A DNA stretch of 48,583 bases, from the IMG/VR virus record IMGVR_UViG_3300033067_001633, positions 1 through 48,583 of that record; one strand, written 5' to 3'. The DNA comes from a virus (Duplodnaviria; Caudoviricetes). The position numbers and the translations under genes are program-made. Below, one piece after another: positions 9,234 to 17,063 of the stretch; position 1 is the first letter of the stretch; every line of letters begins with the position of its first letter. The notes beneath the pieces were generated by a model that searched no databases, was not told the DNA's origin, and worked only from the letters and a program-made list of their open reading frames with translations.

Positions 9234-9274
9234 ATTAAAAAATGCTTGACAGATAAAGTTCAAAACTCTAAACT
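9234..9274 (+). promoter_or_regulatory. PL-like early promoter with operator
   Basis: TTGACA 9246-9251, 17-nt spacer, TAAACT 9269-9274; shares TGCTTGACA and GTTCAA-N4-CTAAACT with PR. Confidence 0.78.
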
Positions 9275-9309
9275 TTTGTTCAACGTATTTTTAACCCCTG
9301 AAAACCCCC

Positions 9310-9789
9310 ATGAAAATTAAAGCCGACGAATTATCAATCTACAAAAACAAAACCATCCACAACCATTTTTACTGTTTTAAAAACTCAGGGCCATCGCCGT
9401 CAGACCCCGAGCTAATTGTTCAAGTTGACGGTATCACCATTACAGGAAAAAAAATGAAGTTTTTAGTTAAATTTATGACTTTAGTCGTTATCGGCATTGC
9501 ATCCGCGCTGGATGCCGCAGGCAATACCTTAGACGCTAGCGCATTAGGCGCGTTGACCTGGCAAAGCTCTGACCCGAGCATTGCTACGGTAGAAACCAAC
9601 GAAGCCGGTCAAGTCGTCGTGAAACCGACCGGAAAAGCTGGCACGGTGCAAATATCGGTCACCGGTGATAGTGACCCGAACACGCCGGAAGGCTTTGCGG
9701 GCATGGTCGAACTAACCTACCTACCCGGCGAGGTGACGACCGTGACCCTCTCAGTGGATACCAACGATAACGTCCAGCAAACGGCTTAG
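9310..9789 (+). CDS. Bacterial Ig-like (Big_2) domain protein
   Basis: LTWQSSDPSIATV...GKAGTVQISVT motif; true start may be 9454. Confidence 0.75.
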   Translation: MKIKADELSIYKNKTIHNHFYCFKNSGPSPSDPELIVQVDGITITGKKMKFLVKFMTLVVIGIASALDAAGNTLDASALGALTWQSSDPSIATVETNEAGQVVVKPTGKAGTVQISVTGDSDPNTPEGFAGMVELTYLPGEVTTVTLSVDTNDNVQQTA

Positions 9790-9988
9790 ATAATCACGCG
9801 CCAAGGACGGCGCACTCTTAAAGACAGACAACGGAACCCAATAAATAAGGCCCATGCCGAGTGGGCGATTAGGCTCGGACACGCGTATATCTGGCCGTGG
9901 CGTGACGGCAAACAACCCCAGAGGATGCAGAGCTTACATAAAGCGGCTGCTGCATCAAAACCCTTAATGCAAACCTGGAGAGACTGAC

Positions 9989-10201
9989 ATGACCCTTGCC
10001 CAAGAAAAAGCAGCCAATGCCGCCATCAAACGCAGTTATCACACCGGATTTCGAACCGGCAGAGCCCAAAAGCCAACCGGCATCAGTCCGTTTATTTTTG
10101 CCTCCATTTTGCTGTTGCTGGTCGGCATTTCGCTCTCAGTGCATCAAATCACCGCCCAACCGCAACCGGAGCAACACGCATGCGCCTCCATCAGCCGTTA
10201 A
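9989..10201 (+). CDS. Small single-TM protein
   Basis: GGAG RBS; hydrophobic segment. Confidence 0.55.
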   Translation: MTLAQEKAANAAIKRSYHTGFRTGRAQKPTGISPFIFASILLLLVGISLSVHQITAQPQPEQHACASISR

Positions 10202-10314
10202 CTGACGATTACGCAGCGCTGTTTGCGACGGTGTTTAAACGCCTTGCGGCATTGTTCGTAGCACTCGTCACACTGGCGATTGTCATCATTCAACAGGGAG
10301 TCAACCCGTGGTAA
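10180..10314 (+). CDS. Small single-TM peptide overlapping the endolysin start
   Basis: MRLHQPLTDDYAALFATVFKRLAALFVALVTLAIVIIQQGVNPW, translated by hand. Confidence 0.4.
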   Translation: MRLHQPLTDDYAALFATVFKRLAALFVALVTLAIVIIQQGVNPW

Positions 10315-10724
10315 CGTACCTGCAAGCCAAAATGAAATACGGCAACCCAGAGCTGGAAAAGCACATGACGCTCTGGGACGTGCCCAAAGAACTCGAAATC
10401 GGCACCATCCCAAAACGCATTTATTGCAACAAAGACTTGGTGACCCCGTTAGGCTTGGCCTTTAAAAAACTCATCGACACCGGACGCGTGCAAGAACTGC
10501 GCACCTGGGACGGCTGTTTCAACATCCGCAAAAAACGCGGCAGAACCACGCCTTCTCTGCATAGCTGGGGCATCGCGATTGATGTCAATGCCGCGTGGAA
10601 CAGTATGGGCAAAATCCCCATCTTAACGCCGGAATTCGTCGCCTGCTTTACCTCGTCAGGCTTCGACTGGGGCGGCCAATGGCGTCCGTTTGACGGAATG
10701 CATTTTCAGTTAGCGAGCATTTAA
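10308..10724 (+). CDS. M15-family metallopeptidase, probable endolysin
   Basis: SLHSWGIAIDVN, WGGQW and DGMHFQL motifs. Confidence 0.87.
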   Translation: MVTYLQAKMKYGNPELEKHMTLWDVPKELEIGTIPKRIYCNKDLVTPLGLAFKKLIDTGRVQELRTWDGCFNIRKKRGRTTPSLHSWGIAIDVNAAWNSMGKIPILTPEFVACFTSSGFDWGGQWRPFDGMHFQLASI

Positions 10725-10793
10725 GAGCCTCCATGCCTAATTCGAATGAACTAAAAATAATAGGCTCGGCAAACACCAAGCCGGAGACCCATC

Positions 10794-11169
10794 ATGATCA
10801 TCGACAACCGCTACCTCGACATCCCCGAAATCGCGCGGCTTTGCCATAAATCCGCCGAATGGGTGCGCTATCGCATCAAGCATGACGAAAATTTCCCCCC
10901 AAACGTCACGCTTGAGAATCACCCCACGGTTAAAAACAAGCCCAAAGAACTCTTTGCGCTAGAGGAAATACGCGCCTATCTCGACGCGCATTTAACCAGA
11001 AAAGACCATAAACCCGTTAAAAAAGGCTTTCGACAAACCCGAACCACCGCCACGCGTGAAAACTTTTGTGTCCTGGGTACTCGGCACTGAAAAACGCCCC
11101 GCGTGCCAACCCATCACCCAACCGTTCCGCCGCCATGTGCGCGTCGCGGGTTGGAATTCTGGAGACTAA
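10794..11169 (+). CDS. AlpA/excisionase-like HTH protein (likely frameshifted at the A-run near 11020)
   Basis: YLDIPEIARL...WVRYRIKHDENFPP; shifted frame ends at TAA 11169 just before the next ATG. Confidence 0.5.
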
Positions 11170-11170
11170 C

Positions 11171-11338
11171 ATGACCACTGAAGAACTCTACCGAGGCATT
11201 CAAACCCAGCACATTACCCTGGATGACTTTCAACGCATCTTGCAAGACTTCACGCGCGAAATTCATGACGAATTGCAACGCGCACTGCAACAACATTACG
11301 CCAACACCGACGACGTAAGCACCTTACTGAGCAAATAA
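11171..11338 (+). CDS. Hypothetical protein
   Basis: MTTEELY start with GGAG RBS. Confidence 0.55.
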   Translation: MTTEELYRGIQTQHITLDDFQRILQDFTREIHDELQRALQQHYANTDDVSTLLSK

Positions 11339-11339
11339 C

Positions 11340-12017
11340 ATGAAACATCTCCTTCTAGCCTTAATCCCCGCTGTCGCCATTGCGCAGTTGGTAAAATTCG
11401 ACCCAGACGGCAACCCCGTCAACGACAGCGCGCCGTGGCAATGCGTGTACGACACCAAGACCCGCCTCACCTGGGAAAAAATCGACACCTTTAGTCCGGT
11501 ATCCTGGACCTACGCCAACAACGTTAATAAAGCCTTATGCAATAAAACCGGCTGGCGATTGCCCACGCGCATCGAACTGCAAAGCTTGATCCAATGTCCC
11601 AAAGGCCAGAACACTGAAGACTGGGCCAACGGCTACCCGTGCCTGGCGTACAAAGACACCCCCAGCAAAATCATCGATTCGGCTTTTTTTCCGCACATGG
11701 GCCAATCGGATTTCAACAAAAACTTTTACCGCTACTGGACTGCCGACACCTACGATGTGCTTCAAAATGCCGCGTGGTTCGTCAACTTCTCCACTGGCGC
11801 AACCGACTATAACTATAAAACGGAACTCATGGGAACAGTCTACGTTACCGACGCGCAGACTAACCCCACGCCGAAAACCAGCCTATTACCCACCTGGAAC
11901 GCCGCTGAATCCTTGCTGACCATTCCGCAATTCGCAGCGAACCAAGGTATCAAATCCGTCAAGCTCAAGCTGAATCTGCAAGACGACAGCTTTAGCATCA
12001 TCGACTACCCCTACTAA
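11340..12017 (+). CDS. Secreted DUF1566 (Lcl/C-type lectin fold) protein
   Basis: Signal peptide; CVYDTKTRLTWE, GWRLPTRIEL, YWT, AWFVNF motifs. Confidence 0.85.
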   Translation: MKHLLLALIPAVAIAQLVKFDPDGNPVNDSAPWQCVYDTKTRLTWEKIDTFSPVSWTYANNVNKALCNKTGWRLPTRIELQSLIQCPKGQNTEDWANGYPCLAYKDTPSKIIDSAFFPHMGQSDFNKNFYRYWTADTYDVLQNAAWFVNFSTGATDYNYKTELMGTVYVTDAQTNPTPKTSLLPTWNAAESLLTIPQFAANQGIKSVKLKLNLQDDSFSIIDYPY

Positions 12018-12026
12018 GAGGCCGCT

Positions 12027-12434
12027 ATGATCACCCTCGAAAGCATTCGCCACAAACTGTACCTGCTCACCGACCAAATGGTTGACGTGGCGCACGACAT
12101 GCAACTGGTCGACAACCTGGAATACCTCGTCAAGGAGCTGCTCACCACCGCGGAGTCATTAAGTAAAGTCGCTGACGCATTGCCCAAAGCGACCCCGCCC
12201 AAACCGTATCAAATCGGCTGCGGCGATCATGTTTTCCACGCCCCCAGCTTAAAAACGCTTGTGGTCCGCGAGGTTCGGAACGACATAGTCATGACTATGG
12301 AACAGCCTCAAACGATGCTGTTTTTAAACCATTGCCTGCTGATCTATAAAGCGACCGACGCAGAAAGGCAGGCGTTGCAACAAGAACAGGCGACTAACGA
12401 AAACGCCGTATTACCCGCAGAGGCTATTCAATAA
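12027..12434 (+). CDS. Hypothetical protein
   Basis: ORF with GAGG RBS in the early operon. Confidence 0.65.
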   Translation: MITLESIRHKLYLLTDQMVDVAHDMQLVDNLEYLVKELLTTAESLSKVADALPKATPPKPYQIGCGDHVFHAPSLKTLVVREVRNDIVMTMEQPQTMLFLNHCLLIYKATDAERQALQQEQATNENAVLPAEAIQ

Positions 12435-12436
12435 TT

Positions 12437-12622
12437 ATGATCTATTCGCCCAGCAACTTGCACTTTGAAAAAGTCAAAAACGCAAACAGCAAAACCAATC
12501 TCCCGATTACGGTCGCTAAAACCGTTTGCCTGCGCTGCAAGCAACAAAAAGCCATCTCAAAAGGCTGCAAGCGGCCCATTATCGGCTTTAAACGGCGCTT
12601 TATTTGCGCGGATTGTGCATAA
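12437..12622 (+). CDS. Small Zn-finger protein
   Basis: CLRC and CADC. Confidence 0.55.
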   Translation: MIYSPSNLHFEKVKNANSKTNLPITVAKTVCLRCKQQKAISKGCKRPIIGFKRRFICADCA

Positions 12623-12911
12623 TAAATATTTTTATATAACGGTCATTTATGATTAATATTTTAAAATTCATATTCCATAATTTATGGGCAATATATCTTG
12701 GTATATATACCGCTTCACATAATATACCGTTATTTAGCTATGAATTTAATATTCTTGTATGGCCGTTAATATTACTTATTTCAATACAAGATGTTATTAC
12801 ATAATAGTCACGTTCGTTGTTATTTTCGATATAAGTGCTTTTTAGCAGAGTATCAAAAAAGACAATTGGCGCAATTATATTGGTATACACAAGATATTCT
12901 GGAAATTAAAA

Positions 12912-13457
12912 ATGAGCATAAAAACGCAACACATCATGCTGGACCTGGAAACCATGGGCATTAATCCGAACGCGGCTATTGTAAGCATTGGCGCTGTCGC
13001 CTTTGATCCAAAGGTTAATGAAATACTTGATGAAATCTACATCATTATTGATCTTGAATCATCCGTGAATAAAGGCGGCATCATGGATGCCTCAACAGTG
13101 CTTTGGTGGATGCGTCAAGACGATAGCGCAAGGCTCGTATTTAATGATTTCAGATCAGAAATGCATGAAGCCCTTTTTGGTTTTTATGATTTCTTAGATA
13201 GCTGTTCAGATTATGATACACGCTTAATCTATGGCAACGGATCAGACTTTGACAACGTTATTTTAGATTCTGCATATAAACGCATGAAAATTCCTACCCC
13301 CTGGAAATATTACAACAACCGCTGCTACCGAACCCTTAAAAACCTGCGCCCAGACATCCAACTAGAGCGTACCGGTACCCATCACAATGCCTTAGACGAT
13401 GCCAAATGTCAGGCTATACATTTAATGAAAATCATGGATACCTTTCATGCGAACTAA
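12912..13457 (+). CDS. DEDDh 3'-5' exonuclease (RNase AS/Exo VIII-like)
   Basis: MLDLETMG, GNGSDFD, HNALDDA. Confidence 0.9.
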   Translation: MSIKTQHIMLDLETMGINPNAAIVSIGAVAFDPKVNEILDEIYIIIDLESSVNKGGIMDASTVLWWMRQDDSARLVFNDFRSEMHEALFGFYDFLDSCSDYDTRLIYGNGSDFDNVILDSAYKRMKIPTPWKYYNNRCYRTLKNLRPDIQLERTGTHHNALDDAKCQAIHLMKIMDTFHAN

Positions 13458-13824
13458 AGCAGAATTGCTAGCAGCTAAAAAACGCCTCAAAAAACCCGCC
13501 GGAAAATTATTGCCTATCGATTTGCACGATAGATCAAAACCAGATTGGTTGACTAGCGCCTATCAAAATAACCGCTATATTGTAATGATTAACGATAACG
13601 TACCCATGACAATGGGCATAACCGCTATTAAAGCCTTTGTACAAACAGTCGATGATCAACCCATCAAAAATCATTGGCGCGAAATGCAAAACATCAAAAA
13701 TGAACTATTTGGCCCGGAAACGACAGCAATTGAATATTATCCCGCCGAAAGCAAACTGAGTGATGTAGCCAATATTTATTGGCTGTGGATATTACCCCCG
13801 CAAGCGTTACCAAAGCCTTTATAG
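13447..13824 (+). CDS. Conserved phage hypothetical protein
   Basis: WREMQNIKNELFG...AIEYYP...DVANIYWLW motif. Confidence 0.7.
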   Translation: MRTKAELLAAKKRLKKPAGKLLPIDLHDRSKPDWLTSAYQNNRYIVMINDNVPMTMGITAIKAFVQTVDDQPIKNHWREMQNIKNELFGPETTAIEYYPAESKLSDVANIYWLWILPPQALPKPL

Positions 13825-13852
13825 CCAACTACCACCCCCACCGGAGAACCCC

Positions 13853-14458
13853 ATGAACATCAGCAAAACCAGATTCCAAGCCTACTTTTCCTACCTGCTT
13901 GCCAAAAGCGGAGGCGATAATATGGACCAGGCCGTCAAAGACACCTTCCGGGTCGCGGCCATTTTTTCCATACCTCCTAACGAGCTGGATGTAACCTTTG
14001 ACTTACCCACTGGCACAGTAGCCGGAATGGGTTACGACCCACGGCACGACAACGGCTCAGAGCACTACACCGAATCCTTAAAAAAAACCTACCACATCGG
14101 TGACATCGGCCCATCCGGCGGCATCGTTTTTTATGTCGACCCCCAAAATACCGAACACGGCCTCGAATGCGCCGCAGATGACGGCCTATTCAACGGCAAA
14201 AAATTCATCTCCTGGCATGACGCCAATACCCTTGGGAAAGACGGCTGGCGACTGCCCTTAAAGAACGAGCTAAACCTAATCTACTTAAACAAAAATATTA
14301 TTCCCAATCTCAAAAATAATACCATCGATTACAAAGGTTATTGGACAGCAGACGAATACAATGCACAAACCGCCTATTATCAATATTTCGGCAACGGCGC
14401 ACTGTCGCAACTGGTCAAAACCTACGGCGCGTCGGTTAGATTGGTTAAAGCGTTTTAA
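13853..14458 (+). CDS. DUF1566 (C-type lectin fold) protein
   Basis: YHIGDIGPSGGIVFYVD, GWRLPLKNEL, YWT, terminal VRLVKAF. Confidence 0.85.
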   Translation: MNISKTRFQAYFSYLLAKSGGDNMDQAVKDTFRVAAIFSIPPNELDVTFDLPTGTVAGMGYDPRHDNGSEHYTESLKKTYHIGDIGPSGGIVFYVDPQNTEHGLECAADDGLFNGKKFISWHDANTLGKDGWRLPLKNELNLIYLNKNIIPNLKNNTIDYKGYWTADEYNAQTAYYQYFGNGALSQLVKTYGASVRLVKAF

Positions 14459-14469
14459 TTAGGGAAAAG

Positions 14470-14509
14470 GGGTAACGCAGAGCCTAACCGGCCGAAGGTC
14501 CGGTTAGGC
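14470..14509 (-). repeat. attC site, shortened/degenerate
   Basis: GGGTAAC...GCCTAACCGG-CCGAAGGT-CCGGTTAGGC. Confidence 0.55.
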
Positions 14510-14533
14510 GCCTGGTGGATAGACGAGACAACC

Positions 14534-15031
14534 TTGGAGAGCACCATGAACGATGACAAAAAGCCTTACACGCCAACCGACGACGAAGCCGAAGCGATTG
14601 ACCGCGCGGGCTTGGTAGCTGCATGGCACGAATTGCAGCCGCTGAAAGACGATGACCTGCCAATACCGGAAAAGGTGCTGGCATGCCTGCGAGCGTTCAA
14701 GGCGGCCAGAGCGGGAGCGTATGGCGCCAGGGAAACGCTGGAAGAAGCACACCCCGAAGCGAACTTCGTCAGCTACTTCCCGGAGCCGACAGACATAGTG
14801 TGCAGCGCGGTGATGGGCTTGGACTTGGTGGATGGCCCCGACGAAATATGCGTGAGGCCTGTGCTGGGCGTGCGTTTGTCGGCGCTGTTTCAGGCTGCCA
14901 AGGTGCTGGAGGCTATGAGCACTGTGCATTCCGTGTTTGACGACGATGACGGAATCTTCGGCACCTACCTTGCGGATGAAGCCACGATGCTGGCCGAGGC
15001 TTCAATTCTTGGCAGGCCTGAAGGCGCCTAA
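14534..15031 (+). CDS. Cassette 1 hypothetical protein
   Basis: Stop codon lies inside the GCCTAAC core; probable start 14546. Confidence 0.7.
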   Translation: MESTMNDDKKPYTPTDDEAEAIDRAGLVAAWHELQPLKDDDLPIPEKVLACLRAFKAARAGAYGARETLEEAHPEANFVSYFPEPTDIVCSAVMGLDLVDGPDEICVRPVLGVRLSALFQAAKVLEAMSTVHSVFDDDDGIFGTYLADEATMLAEASILGRPEGA

Positions 15032-15109
15032 CGCATTGTTAAGGCGCGGCGGCACGTAGCCAAAAAGCACCGCGACGCTAAAGCCGTCGCTTTGAACTTA
15101 CTGTTAGGC
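15026..15109 (-). repeat. attC site (84 bp)
   Basis: Minus strand GCCTAAC-N5-GTTCAAAGCGACGGC...GCCGCGCCTTAAC-N5-GTTAGGC with two extrahelical bases. Confidence 0.88.
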
Positions 15110-15119
15110 TTGGAAAATT

Positions 15120-15446
15120 ATGGAAATACAAAGATTAAGAAACCTTACCACAGACAGGTTGCACACAGAGATTGGGCATGTGTACCAAGACCTTGAAACT
15201 ATAACTGGCGAGCGCGGGTTAATGACGCATATGCTGCCAAGGGCTTTGGAGGCTGTTCAGCCTTGGTTGCGAGAGCATATAGCCGATCCGCGCTTTTGGG
15301 ATGGTGAATACGACCCCGCGCATATGGGTGAATTTCATCTCCCGGAGCCGACGGCGGAAGATCGTGCGGCGATGTTTGAACGCTACAAAGAGCAGCCAAA
15401 CCCGCTTGATGACAAACAAGTAATGATTATTAATTGCGATGCCTAA
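15120..15446 (+). CDS. Cassette 2 conserved phage hypothetical protein
   Basis: LRNLTTDRLHT...LMTHMLPRA; stop inside attC core. Confidence 0.75.
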   Translation: MEIQRLRNLTTDRLHTEIGHVYQDLETITGERGLMTHMLPRALEAVQPWLREHIADPRFWDGEYDPAHMGEFHLPEPTAEDRAAMFERYKEQPNPLDDKQVMIINCDA

Positions 15447-15500
15447 CGCAGAGCTGTGCGGCGGGCCGTCAGGCCCGTCCGAACGAGCGCCGGGTTATGC
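15441..15500 (-). repeat. attC site (60 bp)
   Basis: GCCTAAC...GTTATGC with paired inner arms and unpaired T and G on the plus-strand right arm. Confidence 0.85.
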
Positions 15501-15526
15501 CTCGGCTCCAAAAACGGAGGAATGAC

Positions 15527-15754
15527 ATGGACCACCTAATTGACGACAGCGACCGGCTGATGCCCTGCCCTTTTTGCGGCGCGGAAGCGGAAATTATCAC
15601 GCTCGCAGGCGAGACCGACGAGCCAAGCATTGGCGCTCAATGCGTGCAATGCACGAGCAGCGCATGCGGAGCGGCCAGCGGATTGATTTACCCGCTTATG
15701 GACGACGTGACCGACCTGCTGCGCGAACGCTGGAACAAGAGGCATAACACCTGA
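15527..15754 (+). CDS. Cassette 3 Lar-family restriction-alleviation-like Zn-ribbon protein
   Basis: LMPCPFCG...C..C...WNKR; GGAGG RBS before MDHLIDD. Confidence 0.75.
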   Translation: MDHLIDDSDRLMPCPFCGAEAEIITLAGETDEPSIGAQCVQCTSSACGAASGLIYPLMDDVTDLLRERWNKRHNT

Positions 15755-15799
15755 ATTAACGGGCGCGAGTAGCGCGTCCCGTTGAATGAATTGTTATGC
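15742..15799 (-). repeat. attC site (58 bp)
   Basis: GCATAAC-N5-ATTAACGGGCGCG...CGCGtCCCGTTgAAT-N5-GTTATGC. Confidence 0.88.
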
Positions 15800-16149
15800 G
15801 TAACCCTGAGGAAAACGATATGCACATGATAGAACGCTTGCAAGCCGCGATTGCAGCAAATGAGGAAGCCGACAAGCTGGCGATGACTTGCTTGAACCTG
15901 CAATACGCACGCAGGCTGGATCAGCTCGTATGCGATGCAGATAATCTTTCCCGCGACTTTGTGCGGCGACATGGCAGAGAGATGATTGCAGAAATAACCA
16001 TACTCCTTAACACGCTGGCCGATGTTGTAGACCACGATTTTGCCTATGTTGGCGGCGAGGCAAGCACAGAAGATCCGAGAAGCCTATACAACCGAGTGCA
16101 GCGGGGGCGCGAAGTGCTGGCAGGGACGCGGCATGATTTACAAGGTTGA
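15796..16149 (+). CDS. Cassette 4 hypothetical protein A
   Basis: ORF after attC; probable start 15820 with GAGG RBS. Confidence 0.6.
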   Translation: MRNPEENDMHMIERLQAAIAANEEADKLAMTCLNLQYARRLDQLVCDADNLSRDFVRRHGREMIAEITILLNTLADVVDHDFAYVGGEASTEDPRSLYNRVQRGREVLAGTRHDLQG

Positions 16150-16519
16150 GTTTTCCGAAGGCGGTGTGTGCCACACAGGTTACAGGCCGCTTGCACTGGT
16201 ATGGGCGAAACGAAAGGGCGCAAAAATGACACAGATAGATGAAACGCGAGAGTACGAAACAGTGCGAAGGCTGCACGCGACATCGCCTGAAGGCATGGAG
16301 CTTGATGCGCTGAAAACCTCAGCCGCTATTGCGTGGGGTTGGCTGTGGCATGTGACAACTGAGGATGACCGCGTGAAAACGGCGCGGCATCTGCTTGGAC
16401 AGTTTTTGAACCGCGACATGAAGCGTTACGGCATCCAGACGGCCAAGGATGAAGGAGAACAAGTGAATGTGCAGGAAATTGAGTCCGCCATGCTGCGCGG
16501 TGAATTTGGTGACGCATAA
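16133..16519 (+). CDS. Cassette 4 hypothetical protein B
   Basis: Stop inside the terminal GCATAAC core; start 16133 or 16226. Confidence 0.6.
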   Translation: MIYKVEFSEGGVCHTGYRPLALVWAKRKGAKMTQIDETREYETVRRLHATSPEGMELDALKTSAAIAWGWLWHVTTEDDRVKTARHLLGQFLNRDMKRYGIQTAKDEGEQVNVQEIESAMLRGEFGDA

Positions 16520-16570
16520 CACCAATTAGCCATCCCAAACAACAACAGATGCTATTAAGATCAGATTAAT

Positions 16571-16837
16571 ATGACCCCATCAACCTACTTTGCATTAATG
16601 GCAGAATTCGGAAAAGCACATATTCCCATTACTGAAGTCGCTGAGAAATATTTTGGCCTTAATGACAAAGAGGCCAAACTAAAGGCGGCCAGAGCGAAAT
16701 TTCCTTTTCCGGTATTCAAATGTTCTACACAAGATGGGCAAAATAAATGCCCCTGGTTAGTCGATATTGCAGACTTAGCCAGCTATTTAGATGCACAGAA
16801 GGAAAAGTCAAAAAAGGAATTTAACGCGGCGCATTAA
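16571..16837 (+). CDS. Pyocin activator PrtN-family protein (probable recombination directionality factor)
   Basis: TYFALMAEFG...IPITEVAEKYFGL...WLVDIADLASYLD; adjacent to att and integrase. Confidence 0.85.
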   Translation: MTPSTYFALMAEFGKAHIPITEVAEKYFGLNDKEAKLKAARAKFPFPVFKCSTQDGQNKCPWLVDIADLASYLDAQKEKSKKEFNAAH

Positions 16838-16898
16838 TCGTAATCGCGCCGCGATAAAATATTATATTTTAAGTGAATGATTTATAATTATTTTATTT

Positions 16899-16973
16899 TT
16901 AATCTATCCAATCGAGCATAGGCGCAACACTGAAGGTATGATGTGATTTTTCGTTGTTTAACAATGCCTTCAT
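16899..16973 (-). other. attP core with replacement 5' end of dusA
   Basis: Encodes MKALLNNEKSHHTFSVAPMLDWID*; FSVAPMLDW is the conserved DusA N-terminal motif. Confidence 0.85.
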
Positions 16974-17063
16974 GTATTTATTAGTAAGTTATTAATGCGT
17001 ATTTATTGCTATTTTTTATGATTACATGCACCATAAATGCCCCGTCATTTTCACGGCGCATTT

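Larger units (their letters stand above)
14470..16520 (-). mobile_element. Integron gene-cassette array without integrase (CALIN), four cassettes
   Basis: Four attC-like sites plus a lone terminal core at 16514-16520; cassette-end cores are mutually complementary; more G+C-rich than the flanks. Confidence 0.82.

Noticed and set aside
12623-12911. AT-rich gap as ncRNA or template repeat
   Set aside because: No similarity to the DUF1566 3' ends seen; may hold a short hydrophobic ORF but support is insufficient
11340-14458. Complete diversity-generating retroelement
   Set aside because: No reverse transcriptase, Avd or TR/VR pair visible in the window
14470-16520. CRISPR array or complete integron
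   Set aside because: Repeats are non-identical hairpins separated by whole genes; the nearby integrase is DusA-associated type and no IntI-like gene or attI was recognised
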